Shown one piece after another: positions 37,681 to 50,230 of a stretch of 64,000 nt of DNA (position 1 is its first letter; each line of letters opens with the position of its first letter). Source of the stretch: Calcarisporiella thermophila CBS 279.70. Lineage: Eukaryota > Fungi > Calcarisporiellomycota. The DNA is taken from NCBI RefSeq assembly GCF_041956535.1, contig NW_027192213.1, positions 120,480 to 184,479 on the forward strand, written 5' to 3'. The position numbers were made by a program, and so were the translations under genes. Under the pieces are notes generated by a model that did not search any database, was not told the DNA's origin, and saw nothing but the letters and a program-made list of their open reading frames with translations.

Positions 37681-39036
37681 CTAATCATCGCCAAAGGTGA
37701 TCTTTTTACCCTGGAACTCCTGCACTGACCCGCGGTTGGCTGCCGCTGCCCGGTTGGGTGTTCCTCCACGACCGCCACGGCCGCCACGTCCACCCCGACC
37801 TCCACGGGGGGTTCCTCCGCGACCTCCACGCCCACCCCTAGGGGTACCACTGCCACCCCCATCTCTCCGCTGGCCGGCAAAGTCCAACCGTACATTGCGT
37901 CCGCACAGATCGGTCTCATTGGCGGCAATAGCAGCCTTAGCGGTTTCAACATCGGGGAACTCAACATAGCCAAAGCCCTTGAACCGGCCGGTCTCGCGGT
38001 CAGTGGGCAGACGGACAGACACCACCTCACCATAGGACTCAAAGAAGGACCGAACGTCGTCTTCGGTGACGTTGAAGGAGAGATTGCCCATGAAGAGGGT
38101 GTTGCTCTCCTCGGATTGGGGCTGATTGTTAAACTGCTTGCGGTTCTGTCCAGGGGTAGCCGACTTGTCACCTCGTGGGTTGGCAAGATCGACACGGATA
38201 GCACGACCGTCGACCTCCTTGCCCGCAAGGCTGAGAGCCTTTTGTGCCGCCTCACCATCAGCAAAGTCAACATATCCGTAGCCCTTTGACCGGCCTGACT
38301 CACGCTCGGTCACAATGCGAGCGCCTGTGACCTCACCACATTCAGCAAACACCTCCATGAGTGAATTTTCGTCAGTATTCCAGGAGAGATTTCCAACAAA
38401 CACGGACTGAGGTTCAGACTCAACACGGCCTTTCTTAGCATTAGGGGTCTCGGCATCATCGGTGCGCTTGCGCTTCTTCTCAGATTCGACCTCCATCTCT
38501 TCCTCGGACTCAGACTCTTCAGAGGAAGACGACTCTTCCGACGAGGACTCTTTTGATTCTTCCTTTTCTTCCTCCTCCTCCTCTGAGGATGACTCGTCGC
38601 TGGATTCTTCTTCCGATGATTCCTCCTTCTTGCCCTTGGCCTTAGGCTTCTTTTCTTCTTCCTCTTCTTCGTCAGAGGACTCCTCCGAGGATTCATCCGA
38701 AGATTCCTCCTTTTTGGCACTAGCCTTTACAGCTTTGGCAGGGGCCATCTCCTCTTCCTCATCCTCGCTGGATGAATCGCTGCTCTCTTCTGAAGACTCC
38801 TCTTTCTCTGAAGCAGATTCCTTCTTCTCATCCTCGGAAGACGAGGATGAAGACTCATCGCTTGACTCCTCTTCAGAAGACTCTTCCTCTGAGGATGATT
38901 CCTGCTGTTTCTTCTTCTCCTCTGCCTTCTTTTGTTCTACCAACTTCTTTTTCTCGGCGGTTTTGGCACCCTTCTTCTCGGCGGTCGCAACCTTCCCGTT
39001 CACACCGTTTGCTTTTTTAACGCTAGATTTACCCAT
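37681..39036 (-). CDS. NSR1: Nucleolin-like nucleolar protein (Nsr1/Gar2), intronless
   Basis: Alternating K-rich and acidic Ser blocks, two RRMs (VFVGNLSW..SKGYGYVDF; LFMGNLSF..KGFGYVEF), RGG box, FQGKKITFGDD end. Confidence 0.93.
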   Translation of the reverse strand: MGKSSVKKANGVNGKVATAEKKGAKTAEKKKLVEQKKAEEKKKQQESSSEEESSEEESSDESSSSSSEDEKKESASEKEESSEESSDSSSEDEEEEMAPAKAVKASAKKEESSDESSEESSDEEEEEEKKPKAKGKKEESSEEESSDESSSEEEEEEKEESKESSSEESSSSEESESEEEMEVESEKKRKRTDDAETPNAKKGRVESEPQSVFVGNLSWNTDENSLMEVFAECGEVTGARIVTERESGRSKGYGYVDFADGEAAQKALSLAGKEVDGRAIRVDLANPRGDKSATPGQNRKQFNNQPQSEESNTLFMGNLSFNVTEDDVRSFFESYGEVVSVRLPTDRETGRFKGFGYVEFPDVETAKAAIAANETDLCGRNVRLDFAGQRRDGGGSGTPRGGRGGRGGTPRGGRGGRGGRGGRGGTPNRAAAANRGSVQEFQGKKITFGDD

Positions 39037-39279
39037 ATTTATAGGAAATTATAGGAGTGAGAGGGATATAGAGGAAAGTAGAGAGGAAAAGAGAGAGTGG
39101 TAAAGGGTAAGAAAGTAAACAGAAAAAAAATTAGGACGGTTTTTTTGTGAAATTTTGTTTACTTCTGTGACTTGCTATCTGTTGAGGGTAATTTTTAATT
39201 ATATCCGTGCTTATTGTCTACCAAGAGGGTAGAGGGTAGAGGGTAGTGGGTAGAAGCCATTAAAATATTTGAAAATAAA

Positions 39280-40823
39280 ATGACAGAACCCAAGCGTCCT
39301 CGTGGGCTAAAACGTTCTACAGAAGATGCTAACACCGAAGTAACAGAAAAGCGCCCGAAGCAATTGGGGGAGAATGAGGTCGAACAAGAGGGCAATGAGG
39401 AGACAGAAACACTAGTGTTTCGAGGCGAAGGCGCGGAAGAAGTCGACGACATCAAGGAGCTTCGCATGATATACGAAAGTGCAGTGGAAAAGCTAGGTAA
39501 ATTATCTCGCCTCAGCCTAAGGGGAAAGTTATTAATCAGTCTTCCTTTTCTCCTTCCAGGCTCCAGTGCACCCAAGTCAGCGCTCAGCCTTCTGCGCGGA
39601 GCTATTCATGAATGTGACCGCATTCTTCGCACCCAGCCGGAAAACCAGCGCCCTCCTTATATCTTCTATTGGGTATATGCAAGTGCATTACAAGATTTGG
39701 GAGAGCTCCTAGAGGCGGATGGCGAAGAATCTTGTATTCCATATGTGGATGAAGCTTTGGACCGGTTGGAGCGAGGGGCGGAGAGGCTAGAAGAAGCAGA
39801 GGAAGGCGACAAGGAAGAGGGATGGAAGCTTTGGCTGGCATTCGGGAATGCACTAATGAAAAAAGTATGGCTTTTCTTCAGCCCATTCTTTTGGTGTATC
39901 TTGTTCCTTATTCTTTGCTTATTATTAGGCAACGCAGGCGCTTAAAGAAAATAACAAAAAAAGATCCTCCAAAGGCAAGGATAAACGTCGAAGTGATGAA
40001 GAATTCGCCGTTCAGGCGGTCGAAAAATTCGAGCAGGCTTCTGCTGAGAGGTGGGAGAGCGCAAGGAATGAGGTGTTGATGCGAGCAGCAGATTTGGTGC
40101 AGGCCTTTGGAGACTTACGTGAGGATTGGGATGGTCGCGAAAAATGGAACCTTTGGGCAATTAGTAAATATGAAATTGCGATTAAACGTATGCAAAACTC
40201 CTTTGGATATTTCTCGTAACATCCACTGATGAGCGCTCTTGTTAACCATTAATAGCGGAATCGAACCCACTGGCAGCGTACACTGGGCTTGGAAGCTGCT
40301 ACCTTTCGCTCGCAAATTACTGGTTAGAGCAAATCGATTCCGATGAAGGAGAGGAAGGAGCCGAGGAAAAAGAAACAAATGAAGAAGAGTTAACCGAAGA
40401 GGAAAAGAAGGCAGCAGGATATTTGGAGAAGAGTAAGCCCTATGGTCTAGAGCTAGCTCATCATATTCGCTGTACTAATATTGGATCCATTTTATTAGGT
40501 GTAGATTATTATAAACGTGCCCTCGATATTGCCAAGGAAAAAGACTGCATTAATAGTGAACTTCTTACTATGGTACCACTTTGTTACCTATAGCCTTTTA
40601 TTAACTTTTCGTCAACATACTCATAATGCTTCTTTCTTTTTTTAACCAGCTCTCAGAAGCACTAATCAACTTAGCAAATCTTACCCTCAATGACGAGGAA
40701 CAGACGGCGCTCTACCGGGAAGCTGTAACTTTATTGAAACAGGCTCGCGGCATGGGTCATACTTTGCCAGCTCAGTTCGAAGAGTTTATTGAAGAGTGGG
40801 AGCGTGAATTAGATGAGAACTAA
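39280..40823 (+). CDS. ETT1: Enhancer of translation termination 1 / Nro1 family protein, multi-exon
   Basis: N-terminal KRPRGLK; LLRGAIHECDRILR; helical repeats; C-terminal EALINLANL..DEEQ..LY..AV..L. Confidence 0.75.
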
Positions 40824-41810
40824 GATATCGTTTTGGACTTTTCCTTCTTATATGAAATTTAATAGAGTGCTATTATGCATTTTTCTTATTTCATGCTGAG
40901 ATGAAAACATTATGAGAGCAATTGGTGCGTATAAGATTTAAACAAATTTTGGATTGGACTGCTACCATCTAATATACATCAACCTCTTGTCCATTAACAC
41001 CAACAAATCCCTGTGCTCTATCAGAGCCCTGCCATTCTCCTAATGGAACTAGGTGTGCCCTGTAGGTAACATTTAAAACAGGGATAAATGTTGCAGATTT
41101 TAAAATGTGTATATGAATAAAAGGAATCGTGGCCTCTTCTTGGCAGCTGCATGGAAATGAACACAGTTATAGACACAGAGGCGAGAGTATTTATACTATT
41201 GAAGGGTCTTACTATATAATGGATCTACAATGGCTTGAATTCATCTATTTACTCAAGTATCAATCTGCCGCCTATTCACACTCATCCGTGCAATGCCAAT
41301 TTGGAAATTCTCCAAAAAATATTCGATGGGGAGCTCGCAACTGATTGGTCATAAATGTGGTCCAGTGGCTTGCAAAAATTTTACACTATGACTTCTCAGA
41401 TAGTATGCACTGACTGAATGCACTATGAAAGACATAAAACTCCCTTGCAAAATGCAAAAAATCTCAAGAAACTATTATGCGTCTCATCCATCCTATTGAT
41501 CTCACCGATATTTAAGCCTCCAGATCATCCCCAACTATTTTTCCTTGTTTCTTTGCGGATTTGGTGAACAAGTACTCTGAGTTTTATCCCACGGTTTAGT
41601 GTCGGAAAAATCAGCTTTCTTGTTCACGCAAATAGCCATTTCCCTTGCTAGTGTGCCTCTAAAAGTAAATGCGTTTACTTCATCCACCATACTACTACTA
41701 TAAAAAAAATTAAATGGTTTACTAGTATTGGAGTGAGGAGAAGAGATATTACAGGATAATTACGGACAAAATGAATATCAATATTAAGCATTAGTGATAG
41801 ATTAATAGTG

Positions 41811-42910
41811 CTAAAGTATAGTTTGGATGAGATCATTAAGCTCAAAGGATTCCGCACCAACGGAGCACCCAAATCCCACATTGAAATAGGCATTATGATC
41901 AGAAATATTGAAAAACGTTTCCGAATTGGAGCAGTTGGGATCTTCATTCATAAGGCATTGAACCGCCTGCTCGTCCTCTCGAATCCACACTTCAACGCCA
42001 TGACGCCTCCATCCACTTAACAGTGTAGGAACGTGGGGAACCGGATCTCGCTTGTTGATGAAGGTTTTCGATAGGATGCCAAGTCGATCGAAATGATTGG
42101 CGAAATTTGCGTCTCCAAGACGCGGCTCTCCGAAGGTTGCAAGGGAGACTTCCTGTGGAATCGATTGGGATGCTCGAAGATCCATGGCACATAGGCTGGC
42201 AATTGCCCCTCCTCGGCTATGACCTGTGATTAAAATCGAGTGGTCGGGATGCTGCTGCAAGAGCGACGACACTGCCTCAAGGACTAAGGGACGAGCCTCC
42301 AAATACGACTCCCAGAAGCCGAGATGTACCTGGCTATCCTCTGTTCCCGGCATATCAACCTAGTTAAACAGCGTGATAAGAGGGTTGGAAGTTTAGTCAA
42401 TGGCCCCACAATGGTATCCTATCTCCGAACTCGGACAGTTACCCTTAAGAGCTTTAGGTTCTCTATCCAATTTTTCAGCGACATCGTGCCTCCAAAACCC
42501 ACTACAATGACTTTGCCGACCGTGTCTCTTGCCACATACCCGTTGACTCCATACTTGTTTGTATGAAAGTATGTGTTCAGTTCGAAATGCTGGAAATCAC
42601 TGCAATATCTTCCACAATTAAACCCATTTCTAAAATCTTGACAATATCCTATCGATGCGAGCTTCACTAGAGGTTTCATAGAGTCCAATTCGTTATCCGA
42701 AAGGAAATAGTACTTTTTAGTGGTGGGAATTTCTCGCATGGTGGAGAGGGAGTTGCGGAGCAGAGAGTTTGAGTCAGTATTTGAGTTGCGCGGTATGAGA
42801 GAGCCTGAGAGTCTATGAGTTGCCTCGTTGCGGAGGTAGGGGAAAGCATTGCTGGTAGTCAAGCAGAGCAAAAGCGACGCAGAGAAATGAAAAATGCTGG
42901 CCAGATGCAT
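41811..42910 (-). CDS. Secreted class-3 lipase (alpha/beta hydrolase), 2 exons
   Basis: Signal peptide; IVVGFGGT.S..NW; VHLGF; ITGHSRGGAIA nucleophile elbow; TFGEPRLGD; DPVPHVP; HGVEVWI; DHNAYF. Confidence 0.88.
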
Positions 42911-43638
42911 TTGTTATTCTACAAAGGTATGTATGCTATATGATATGTATTATTGAGTCTGTTCTGAGTGTAGGAGGGAATGGGTAGGAAATAAGGATTC
43001 GCAGCAAGAAGAATGAATGGAAAGGGAGAAGGAAAATGAAAGCGTCTCAGTGTTGTGGTGGAAACAGAGGTGGAAACATTAATGAGTGACTAACTACGGG
43101 AAAATAATAAAGTGGTCAGGGGCAGAATGAGGGGAAGAGACCTTCGGCCGAGACACTATTATCACTTATCCAACCAGTCTTCAATGCTCTGGTTTAAGGC
43201 TCTCCTGAGTTCCGTGACTTCCAAATATTGTCCATTACGATTCTCCTCGAACCAAGTAAATCAATTTGCCTAGGATTAGGATGCCCAGTATAGAAGAGAT
43301 GCAGCCAAATTAATATGCATGCGACTCCTTATTCGGCGGCTGCGTCCCCCACCTCCAATATCGAGAAGCCGATGCCGATATTGCATGCATCGCCTATAAT
43401 CGCCATGCCTGTCGTCAATTCATATTGCCAAAAACTCGCTTCTTGTGGGAATAAAATGTATTAATATTATAATATTTTGTAAGCCAAGTGAGAAAAACAA
43501 TCGACCAAAACATAAAAATCAAGACAACACAAAGCTTAGGAAAAATGAGAAACAAGAAAGATAAATGAGCAAGCACACAAAAGAATAGATAAAAATGTAC
43601 AGGTTTGCAAATGGAAATAAATGAAAAAATAAAATAAA

Positions 43639-45767
43639 TCAAAATGTCATAAATGCAACACGACTCCTTCTCTTTATACCATCTTTGCGGACCACAGGGG
43701 GCGGAGCATATACCAATATACTCGCTGCAAATAATCCAACGCTAATTCCCAGTGAAATGACCACCATCTGGATGGCAAAATTACTTGAATCCGTAATATC
43801 AATGCTCTTTCCGCCCATTAAATTCTGGAAGGATGTCTTCACTCCGATACTTGCTGGTACAAGCATAAGCACTCCAGTAATAATGTTTACATATGCAGTG
43901 CCGCTAGTGCCACGACCCCGCCTAAGCCTTGATGAAATGTTGGCAAGCACTCCAACCACAAAGGCTCCGATGGCGGACGAAACTTGCGGGCTTGATCCAT
44001 AACGCTTTGCTACAGCCCAGTTGACGACGTATCCGATTACTCCAAAGAGCGACATTAGCGGCCATTGACGAGGCTCTCCTTTAAGAGGAACCACATTCAG
44101 AGAAAGACTGAAGATGGGTACGAATAGAAACTGCCACCATTCGCTCATCCCTTGGCTGCACACACGTGTAGGATCGTCCTCTAGGGAATGCATGCCATTC
44201 GGGTGGAATATAAAATCAAAAAAGGCGCTTCCTATGGATACCCCAAAGCCGAGGATGAGTGAATAGATAAGCGAGTAGAAGAGTCGGACAGAGCCAGTGA
44301 TAAGCTGCTTGCTACTGAGCTCAAGCACTGCGGCAATCAGAGGATATCCCGGAAGAATAAGGACGAGTGCACTCAACACGATGCTAGAGAAGCACACGAG
44401 CTGACTCTTACTGAGCATCACAAACAGGCGCGCCAGAAAAGAAATAATGACCGTTACAGAGATCTCGAATACATTGCTGTAGGCGGGTGATCGATTGGCG
44501 AGCAGTTGGCAACCTCCGACAATCAAACCTACAAAACCACTTGCCAAAGAGTCTGCCCACGAACCCTGGAACGCGATGGGGGAGATTGCCATCGACGCCG
44601 ATGTATATGCGAGCAGTAGCACCCAATTTTTATAATACGGGGGGGCGTTCAAAATCTCATCCAACTCGTGCAAAGCTTCTGGAACCGCCTGTTCTTGCTT
44701 AACCACCCTTGTGTAGATACGGTTGAGTTTGACAAGGCGTCCCATGTCGAGGCCTGAAGCGATTTTAAGAATGTGGGTTTCTGACGTGTGCGTCTCGGCG
44801 TCACCAAAGGAAACTAAAGTCTAATCATTAGGAAATGGATAAGTGAAATGGTCCATATGGGAGGTTATAGATGAATCCGACCACTTACCAAGTTGGGAAG
44901 AAATGCGAATTGTGCATCGATGCCTACTGCTTTCGAGGCCGCGTCAAGTGCGGTTTCTAAGCGATGTGATGGTGCCCCTGACATCAAGAAACCTTTACAC
45001 AACCGCAGCAAAAAATCTTGGCGCTGCAAAACATCTGCAATGGCCTCGGTGATTCTCATCCGCTCACTCGGTGGTATACTCACGTCGCTTCTTGCGTCTA
45101 TACTTCGTCCATCCATACTCCATCTCTTGTAGAGGTTTTCTGCAGCGGACGTATCTCCTATGGTGCCGAGCATGGTGCCCGGAGCAAGGAGCATCTGGCC
45201 TAAAGCAGACCCTGGCACGCCGCCACTTGTAGAAGAGCGAGCAACTGAATCCCGGTATCCAAGGGTCGTCCATGAATTTCGCGATAAGAGATGCGGTCTG
45301 CGTGGGGTGGCACGCGCGGAAGATTGCGGAGAGCGGGTGCTCTGCAAGCGAAGCAAATTCGACAGGACTCCGCCACCTTCCTTGGGAACGCTGGATTTTC
45401 TCCCTCGATGATGTTGGGTCGCTTTCCTCACAAGATCAACCGCATCCTGGATGTAATCGCTTTCTGGCTGCATCTGGGCCTGCTTCTGCTGTTCCAGGTC
45501 CTCTATCTTCTCATCCTCGTGCATACCCTCAATGGAGGGGGCGTAGAGGGTTGTCTGAGCACTTTCCGTAATTGTGTACTGCGCCTGCGCAAGGGGCGAG
45601 TTTGGGGCCGAGATGGAAACATGCTGGGCTCTTTGTCCAGCGGGGGGGAAATAATCTGGATGTTGTAGTTCTTCGACGGGAGGAGTGATATCGAGGCGCA
45701 ACTCAGCTGGACGCCGACGATTCGCACTCGATTCCTCCCCACTACTATCCCTTAGGTTGTGGTCCAT
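43639..45767 (-). CDS. PRM10: ThrE/DUF1212 family multi-pass membrane protein (Prm10-like), 2 exons
   Basis: ITEAIADVLQRQDFLLRLCKGFLMSGAPSHRLE; FGDAETHTSETH; ILPGY..AVLELSSKQLITGSVRLFY; ~10 TM segments. Confidence 0.85.
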
Positions 45768-47506
45768 TGACTCTGTATGGAGTGCGGGGGAGAGGGCGCT
45801 TGAACGGCGGAGAGATTGGTGAAAGGCAAGAAAGTAAAGCACAGAGGAAGAGGAGAGCGGGAAGAAAAAGATAAATAGGTGCTAAGGGGAAGCAAGATAT
45901 ACCGAGCGATAGAAAAAAAACGAAGTCACATCACGTTAACCATTTTTTCACTAGTGAAAAATTGTTTTCCCTGCACCGGTGAAGGTGATAGGGGCCGGAT
46001 CGGGCGGACGTTAATTTTGATATCCGTGTTTCGAAGCAAGTTGTCTATCACTCGTGCATCTGTTATCAGAGCATTGCTATAAATAAATTAAAATAGGACC
46101 CTTTCCTCACACAAAATATCCGGGACGTTTATTTAGAGTTACTCCCTTTCCTTTTCGAATTCAGCCATTGAGTGGGTTTTCGACAGATATGCGTGCGTTT
46201 TGCCGAAACGGAGCGCAAAGCTGTCTCAGCATAATATTCGATCTTCCTTATTTAAAGGTGAAGAGCTTTCTTCCGTTGCCCTTTCCGCAGGCTTGAATCA
46301 AGTCGCAAAAGCTCCAATCTCTGACGTCAAATATCTCCCGGGTTAATGCAAAGTCGAACCTATTTGCCACAAATTAATCAAAAGTGGACAATGCTTTTCA
46401 TCATGTCTTATTCATAATCAATGATACTTCGTTGATAATAAAGAGCAGATCCAGAGTTCAGGTTCGTAATAGAGAATCTGCCATTCTTGGTCAGCATACC
46501 TGTACGGGATGAGGAAGAACGACATGGAGTTTCCTAGTATACATGGCAGTGGTTTTCGGCCTCTCCTTTCTCGTTTTGGTATGATAGCTTGCTAACGAAA
46601 GCACGGACTAGATTGCGCCCATCTCCGTTACAGCAAGCTAGGCCAAATGGAATGACATTGACAGCACGTTCAGCTTGAACCGTCAACAGCGTGATATTTC
46701 TTCAGGGACCCTCATTTTTTCCACATTAATAGCTTGGGCTATCCTATTCCGTAGAGGAGCACCTTTTTGATATCTAGAATTTTGCCGTCTTTGGAAACCG
46801 CTGGTAACGAATTCTCAATTTCCACTGACTTCGATCTATTCTCTCCAATCCGGTGCCCGCAATTTGACACATGAAATCCCCTCAACCTGACCCAGTATTG
46901 GTGGCCATAAATTAAGAGTTGATTAAGAGCCGGCCCCCCCTTGTGACATTAGAATTGATTCACCCATAGGCAATGAGGTTATATCAGTGTTATAGGTCGT
47001 TCCGCGTATACTTATATCCCATGACACTTCATCTACTCTGCTCTGATCTGGGCAATCCTTCGGGGTCGGTTATTTACCGCATTGGAATTGCGGCACATGA
47101 TATGCGGTGTTCAGGCCTGTATTTTCCCAATGGTGCCAAAAGGATAAATGCCAAGTTTCATCAAAGATCTGCTGCCGCAGGTAACATCCATCTGACTCGT
47201 CTGAAATTCTTTTCGCCTAATTATGGGCCAATTAAGAACCATTTCCTTTGATCACCAGTGTCATCACCTACCTCTCAAGGACTGCGTATGTACACACAAG
47301 TTATGAATAGGCAAGGAAGAGCCGCTTCCACCTTCTCTGCATGAAAGTAGCCATTTGTTATGTTGCTATCACTAATGAATGAGAAAAAGTAAATTTTAAC
47401 ACTATATTTACGTTACTGACTCATTTTTTTAGTTATTTTTTAAACAAGAAACATAATATGTGGAAATTTTTACACTTCATGAGGAAATGGACATGATGTG
47501 TCCAAT

Positions 47507-48115
47507 TTAGTAGTCTATACAGGGACTTTTGGTGCGATAAAAAGTGAAAGGGGGATAAGGACAGATGACAGTGGCAGTTGTAATAGGACATAAACCAATC
47601 TCAAGACCATTTCTAATGGTCCTACAATCTCCAGGTCTGGGGCGGTCATCGCAGGTTCTGACGAGATAGGAGGTGAAAGGAGGATATGGGCAATGGACTA
47701 CTCCTGTGGGGTAAGGACATTCTCCGGTGGTGGTGAAGAGAGTTGTTCGACATGCCCCGAGAGTAGGGTAATAACTATCACAAGACCGATAACGGGTGAA
47801 GGTGAAAGGTGGATATGGACATCTCACTTCAGCAGTGGGATAAGGACAATCGCCAGTCGCAGTTATTTCTCGTGTCCAGCATTGGCCAAGCATAGGATAA
47901 TCACTCTTACAAGATTGATAACGGGTGAAGGTGAAAGGAGGATATGGACACACTACTTTTGCAGTGGGAAGAGGACATGGACCAGTCGCTGTTATAGGTT
48001 GTGTAATACAACGTCCAGGAGGAGGGGGAGTACAGCGCGGCCTAATCTCTGGATCGGCAGAGATGATCGAGAGGATGGAGAAGAGGAATTGGAAGTACAC
48101 AACGGATTTGTACAT
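47507..48115 (-). CDS. Secreted Cys/Pro/Thr-rich protein with four ~43-aa repeats (copy 1)
   Basis: Signal peptide; four repeats of C-x10-C-x8-C-x12-C type containing CPYPPFT. Confidence 0.8.
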   Translation of the reverse strand: MYKSVVYFQFLFSILSIISADPEIRPRCTPPPPGRCITQPITATGPCPLPTAKVVCPYPPFTFTRYQSCKSDYPMLGQCWTREITATGDCPYPTAEVRCPYPPFTFTRYRSCDSYYPTLGACRTTLFTTTGECPYPTGVVHCPYPPFTSYLVRTCDDRPRPGDCRTIRNGLEIGLCPITTATVICPYPPFTFYRTKSPCIDY

Positions 48116-49423
48116 TGTCTTTACTGAAATAATGTATTATTTCAATAGAGTAGAGTTAAAATCTAATCCGAATACAGGCGAATTGAAATAATTTCTAAAG
48201 AGAAAGGAGTTAGGGCGAATAAATCGGTTTTGCAATTTTAACCCCGGAGCATCAAAAGCATCACTGCAAATGACTCTTGATATAAGGAACACATATCGTG
48301 GCTTTTCAGTTCGAAAACATAATTCTTTAACAGTTCTAGATCTCAATACCACCTATATCATGTTGCATTTATGTAGAGCCACTGACCTCAACCGATGCAT
48401 CTTCCATTAGTTTCTCGGCTGTGATATCAAAAATCGAATTCACTATATTGGTGAAGGTGAGTTCTATGTGGTATATTATAATCCCTTTCATACTTTAAGC
48501 AAGGAAATAAAAGAATCATTTCGTCTGTTCGGTTTTTACACACATATTTCAGCTCAAGGATCAAAAATTCTTTTTTATTTACATTGAAATGTAGGTCATA
48601 TCTGAATATGAAGAGATGTTTGATAAAAGACACCTAGCTCACTCACCAGAAGATCATTGACATCTTACCTATAATTGCAAGGATCAACAAGGCCATAGTT
48701 GTACGGGAAGGAAGGACACATTATCGTTCCATAATTTATAGGACAGGTGAACAGAAGTGTTTTATGGTAGCTGGTCAGACAACCCTTCATCAATGGTTTA
48801 CAGGGTCGGGAGAAATAGGTTGTGAAAGGAGGGTACGGGCAGTGTGCTTCTCCAGAGGTCGGGTGGGGACATCCACCACTTGGTTTATAAAGGGTTGTGT
48901 CGCACTGCCCCGGCATTGGGGTGACTTCACAAGGTTTGTAGAGGGTGGAGGTGAAAGGTGGATATGGACATCTCACTTCAGCTGTAGGATAAGGACAATT
49001 GCCTGTCGCAGTTATTCCTCGTGTCCAGCATTGACCAAGTATAGGGTAACCACTCTCACAAGATTGATAACGGGTGAAGGTGAAAGGAGGATATGGACAT
49101 ACTACTTTTGCAGTGGGGACAGGACATGGACCAGTCGCTGTTATAGGTTGTGTAATACAACGTCCAGGAGGAGGGGGAGTACAGCGCGGCCTAATCTCTG
49201 GATCGGCAGAGAGGATCGAGAGGATGGAGAAGAGGAATTGGAAGTACACAACGGATTTGTACATTGTCTTTACTGAAGTAATGTATTATTTCAATAGAGC
49301 AGAGTTTAAATTAGTACCGAATACGGGCGAATTGAAATAATTTTCTGAGAAAAACCAGTTAAGGCGAATAAACAGTTTTGCAATTTTAACCCTGGTGCAT
49401 CCAAAACATCACTGCGAATAACT
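47801..49423. repeat. Direct duplication: ~47801-48275 and ~48950-49423 (offset 1149 bp)
   Basis: Near-identical DNA covering the 5' half of the CDS plus ~150 bp upstream of both genes. Confidence 0.85.
48665..49264 (-). CDS. Secreted Cys/Pro/Thr-rich repeat protein (copy 2)
   Basis: N-terminal half nearly identical to copy 1; C-terminal repeats diverged. Confidence 0.8.
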   Translation of the reverse strand: MYKSVVYFQFLFSILSILSADPEIRPRCTPPPPGRCITQPITATGPCPVPTAKVVCPYPPFTFTRYQSCESGYPILGQCWTRGITATGNCPYPTAEVRCPYPPFTSTLYKPCEVTPMPGQCDTTLYKPSGGCPHPTSGEAHCPYPPFTTYFSRPCKPLMKGCLTSYHKTLLFTCPINYGTIMCPSFPYNYGLVDPCNYR

Positions 49424-49764
49424 ATGAACAATAAAAAATAATGCCAGATCATTTTGATAAATTTGGTAGCGATAGGTAATACACACTCATTCATACCATG
49501 GTGCACACATTTGAGAGCCACTCTGAATCCGACCGATACACCCGGTATCAATTCCTCGGCGTTAAATCCGTTGGGAGCTTATATTGTAGAAAGGGCTGAT
49601 TTAATAAATTCAGAAACAAAGTTGAAAATCGTATTTAGGTAAACTTATTTACGCTATAGCCTGACCTACCTTAACTCATAATATGTAAAATTATTTTTGA
49701 TCGATATTATGCAATACATTATTGCAATGTGACACCCGTCTCCCTTACTAAAAAAAACCGTATA

Positions 49765-50230
49765 TTACAAATGACCACAGTGATCGACTACAGTGTAGTT
49801 GAAGAAAGTGCACATTATCATTTCCTTATGTACAGGGCATGTTTCTGTAATGAATGTATAAAAGTTATTCTTGCAGTCTCCAGGTAGCGACTCGCAGGGT
49901 CTGGAAATATGAGTTGTATTAGGAGGAAAAGGACAATATACTACTCCAAAAGTCGGATGTGAATACCTACTGGTTGGTTCAAAAAGTGCTGTGTCGCATT
50001 GTCCTAGTGATAGGACCTCTTCACAAAGTTTATAGTAGTGTGGAGTTGGAATCATAATAACCACAATCTTCCACTGCGATTGGATGTGGACACTGTCCAG
50101 TCGCAGTGATCACCCTTATTGCACAACCCATAGAGGCGACCGGGAAAGCTATGAAGGACCTAATGGAGGTATTTGTCAACAGTAGCTGCATCTCTAGTAT
50201 TCTAATTGATGTTAATCTTTTATTTTGCAA
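49765..50230 (-). pseudogene. Frameshifted third copy of the Cys/Pro/Thr repeat family
   Basis: CAIRVITATGQCPHP and GQCDT..CPFPP..SRPC..TCP..IMC..VDHC lie in different frames (shift near 50040). No clean signal-peptide exon found. Confidence 0.6.

Noticed and set aside
38462-39103. Ser/Asp/Phe-rich ORF on the plus strand
   Set aside because: Antisense shadow of the NSR1 acidic-serine domain.
45900-47400. 1.5-kb intergenic stretch searched for ncRNA or pseudogene
   Set aside because: No convincing C/D or H/ACA architecture, repeat or protein motif seen by eye; an Rfam or TBLASTX search would be needed.
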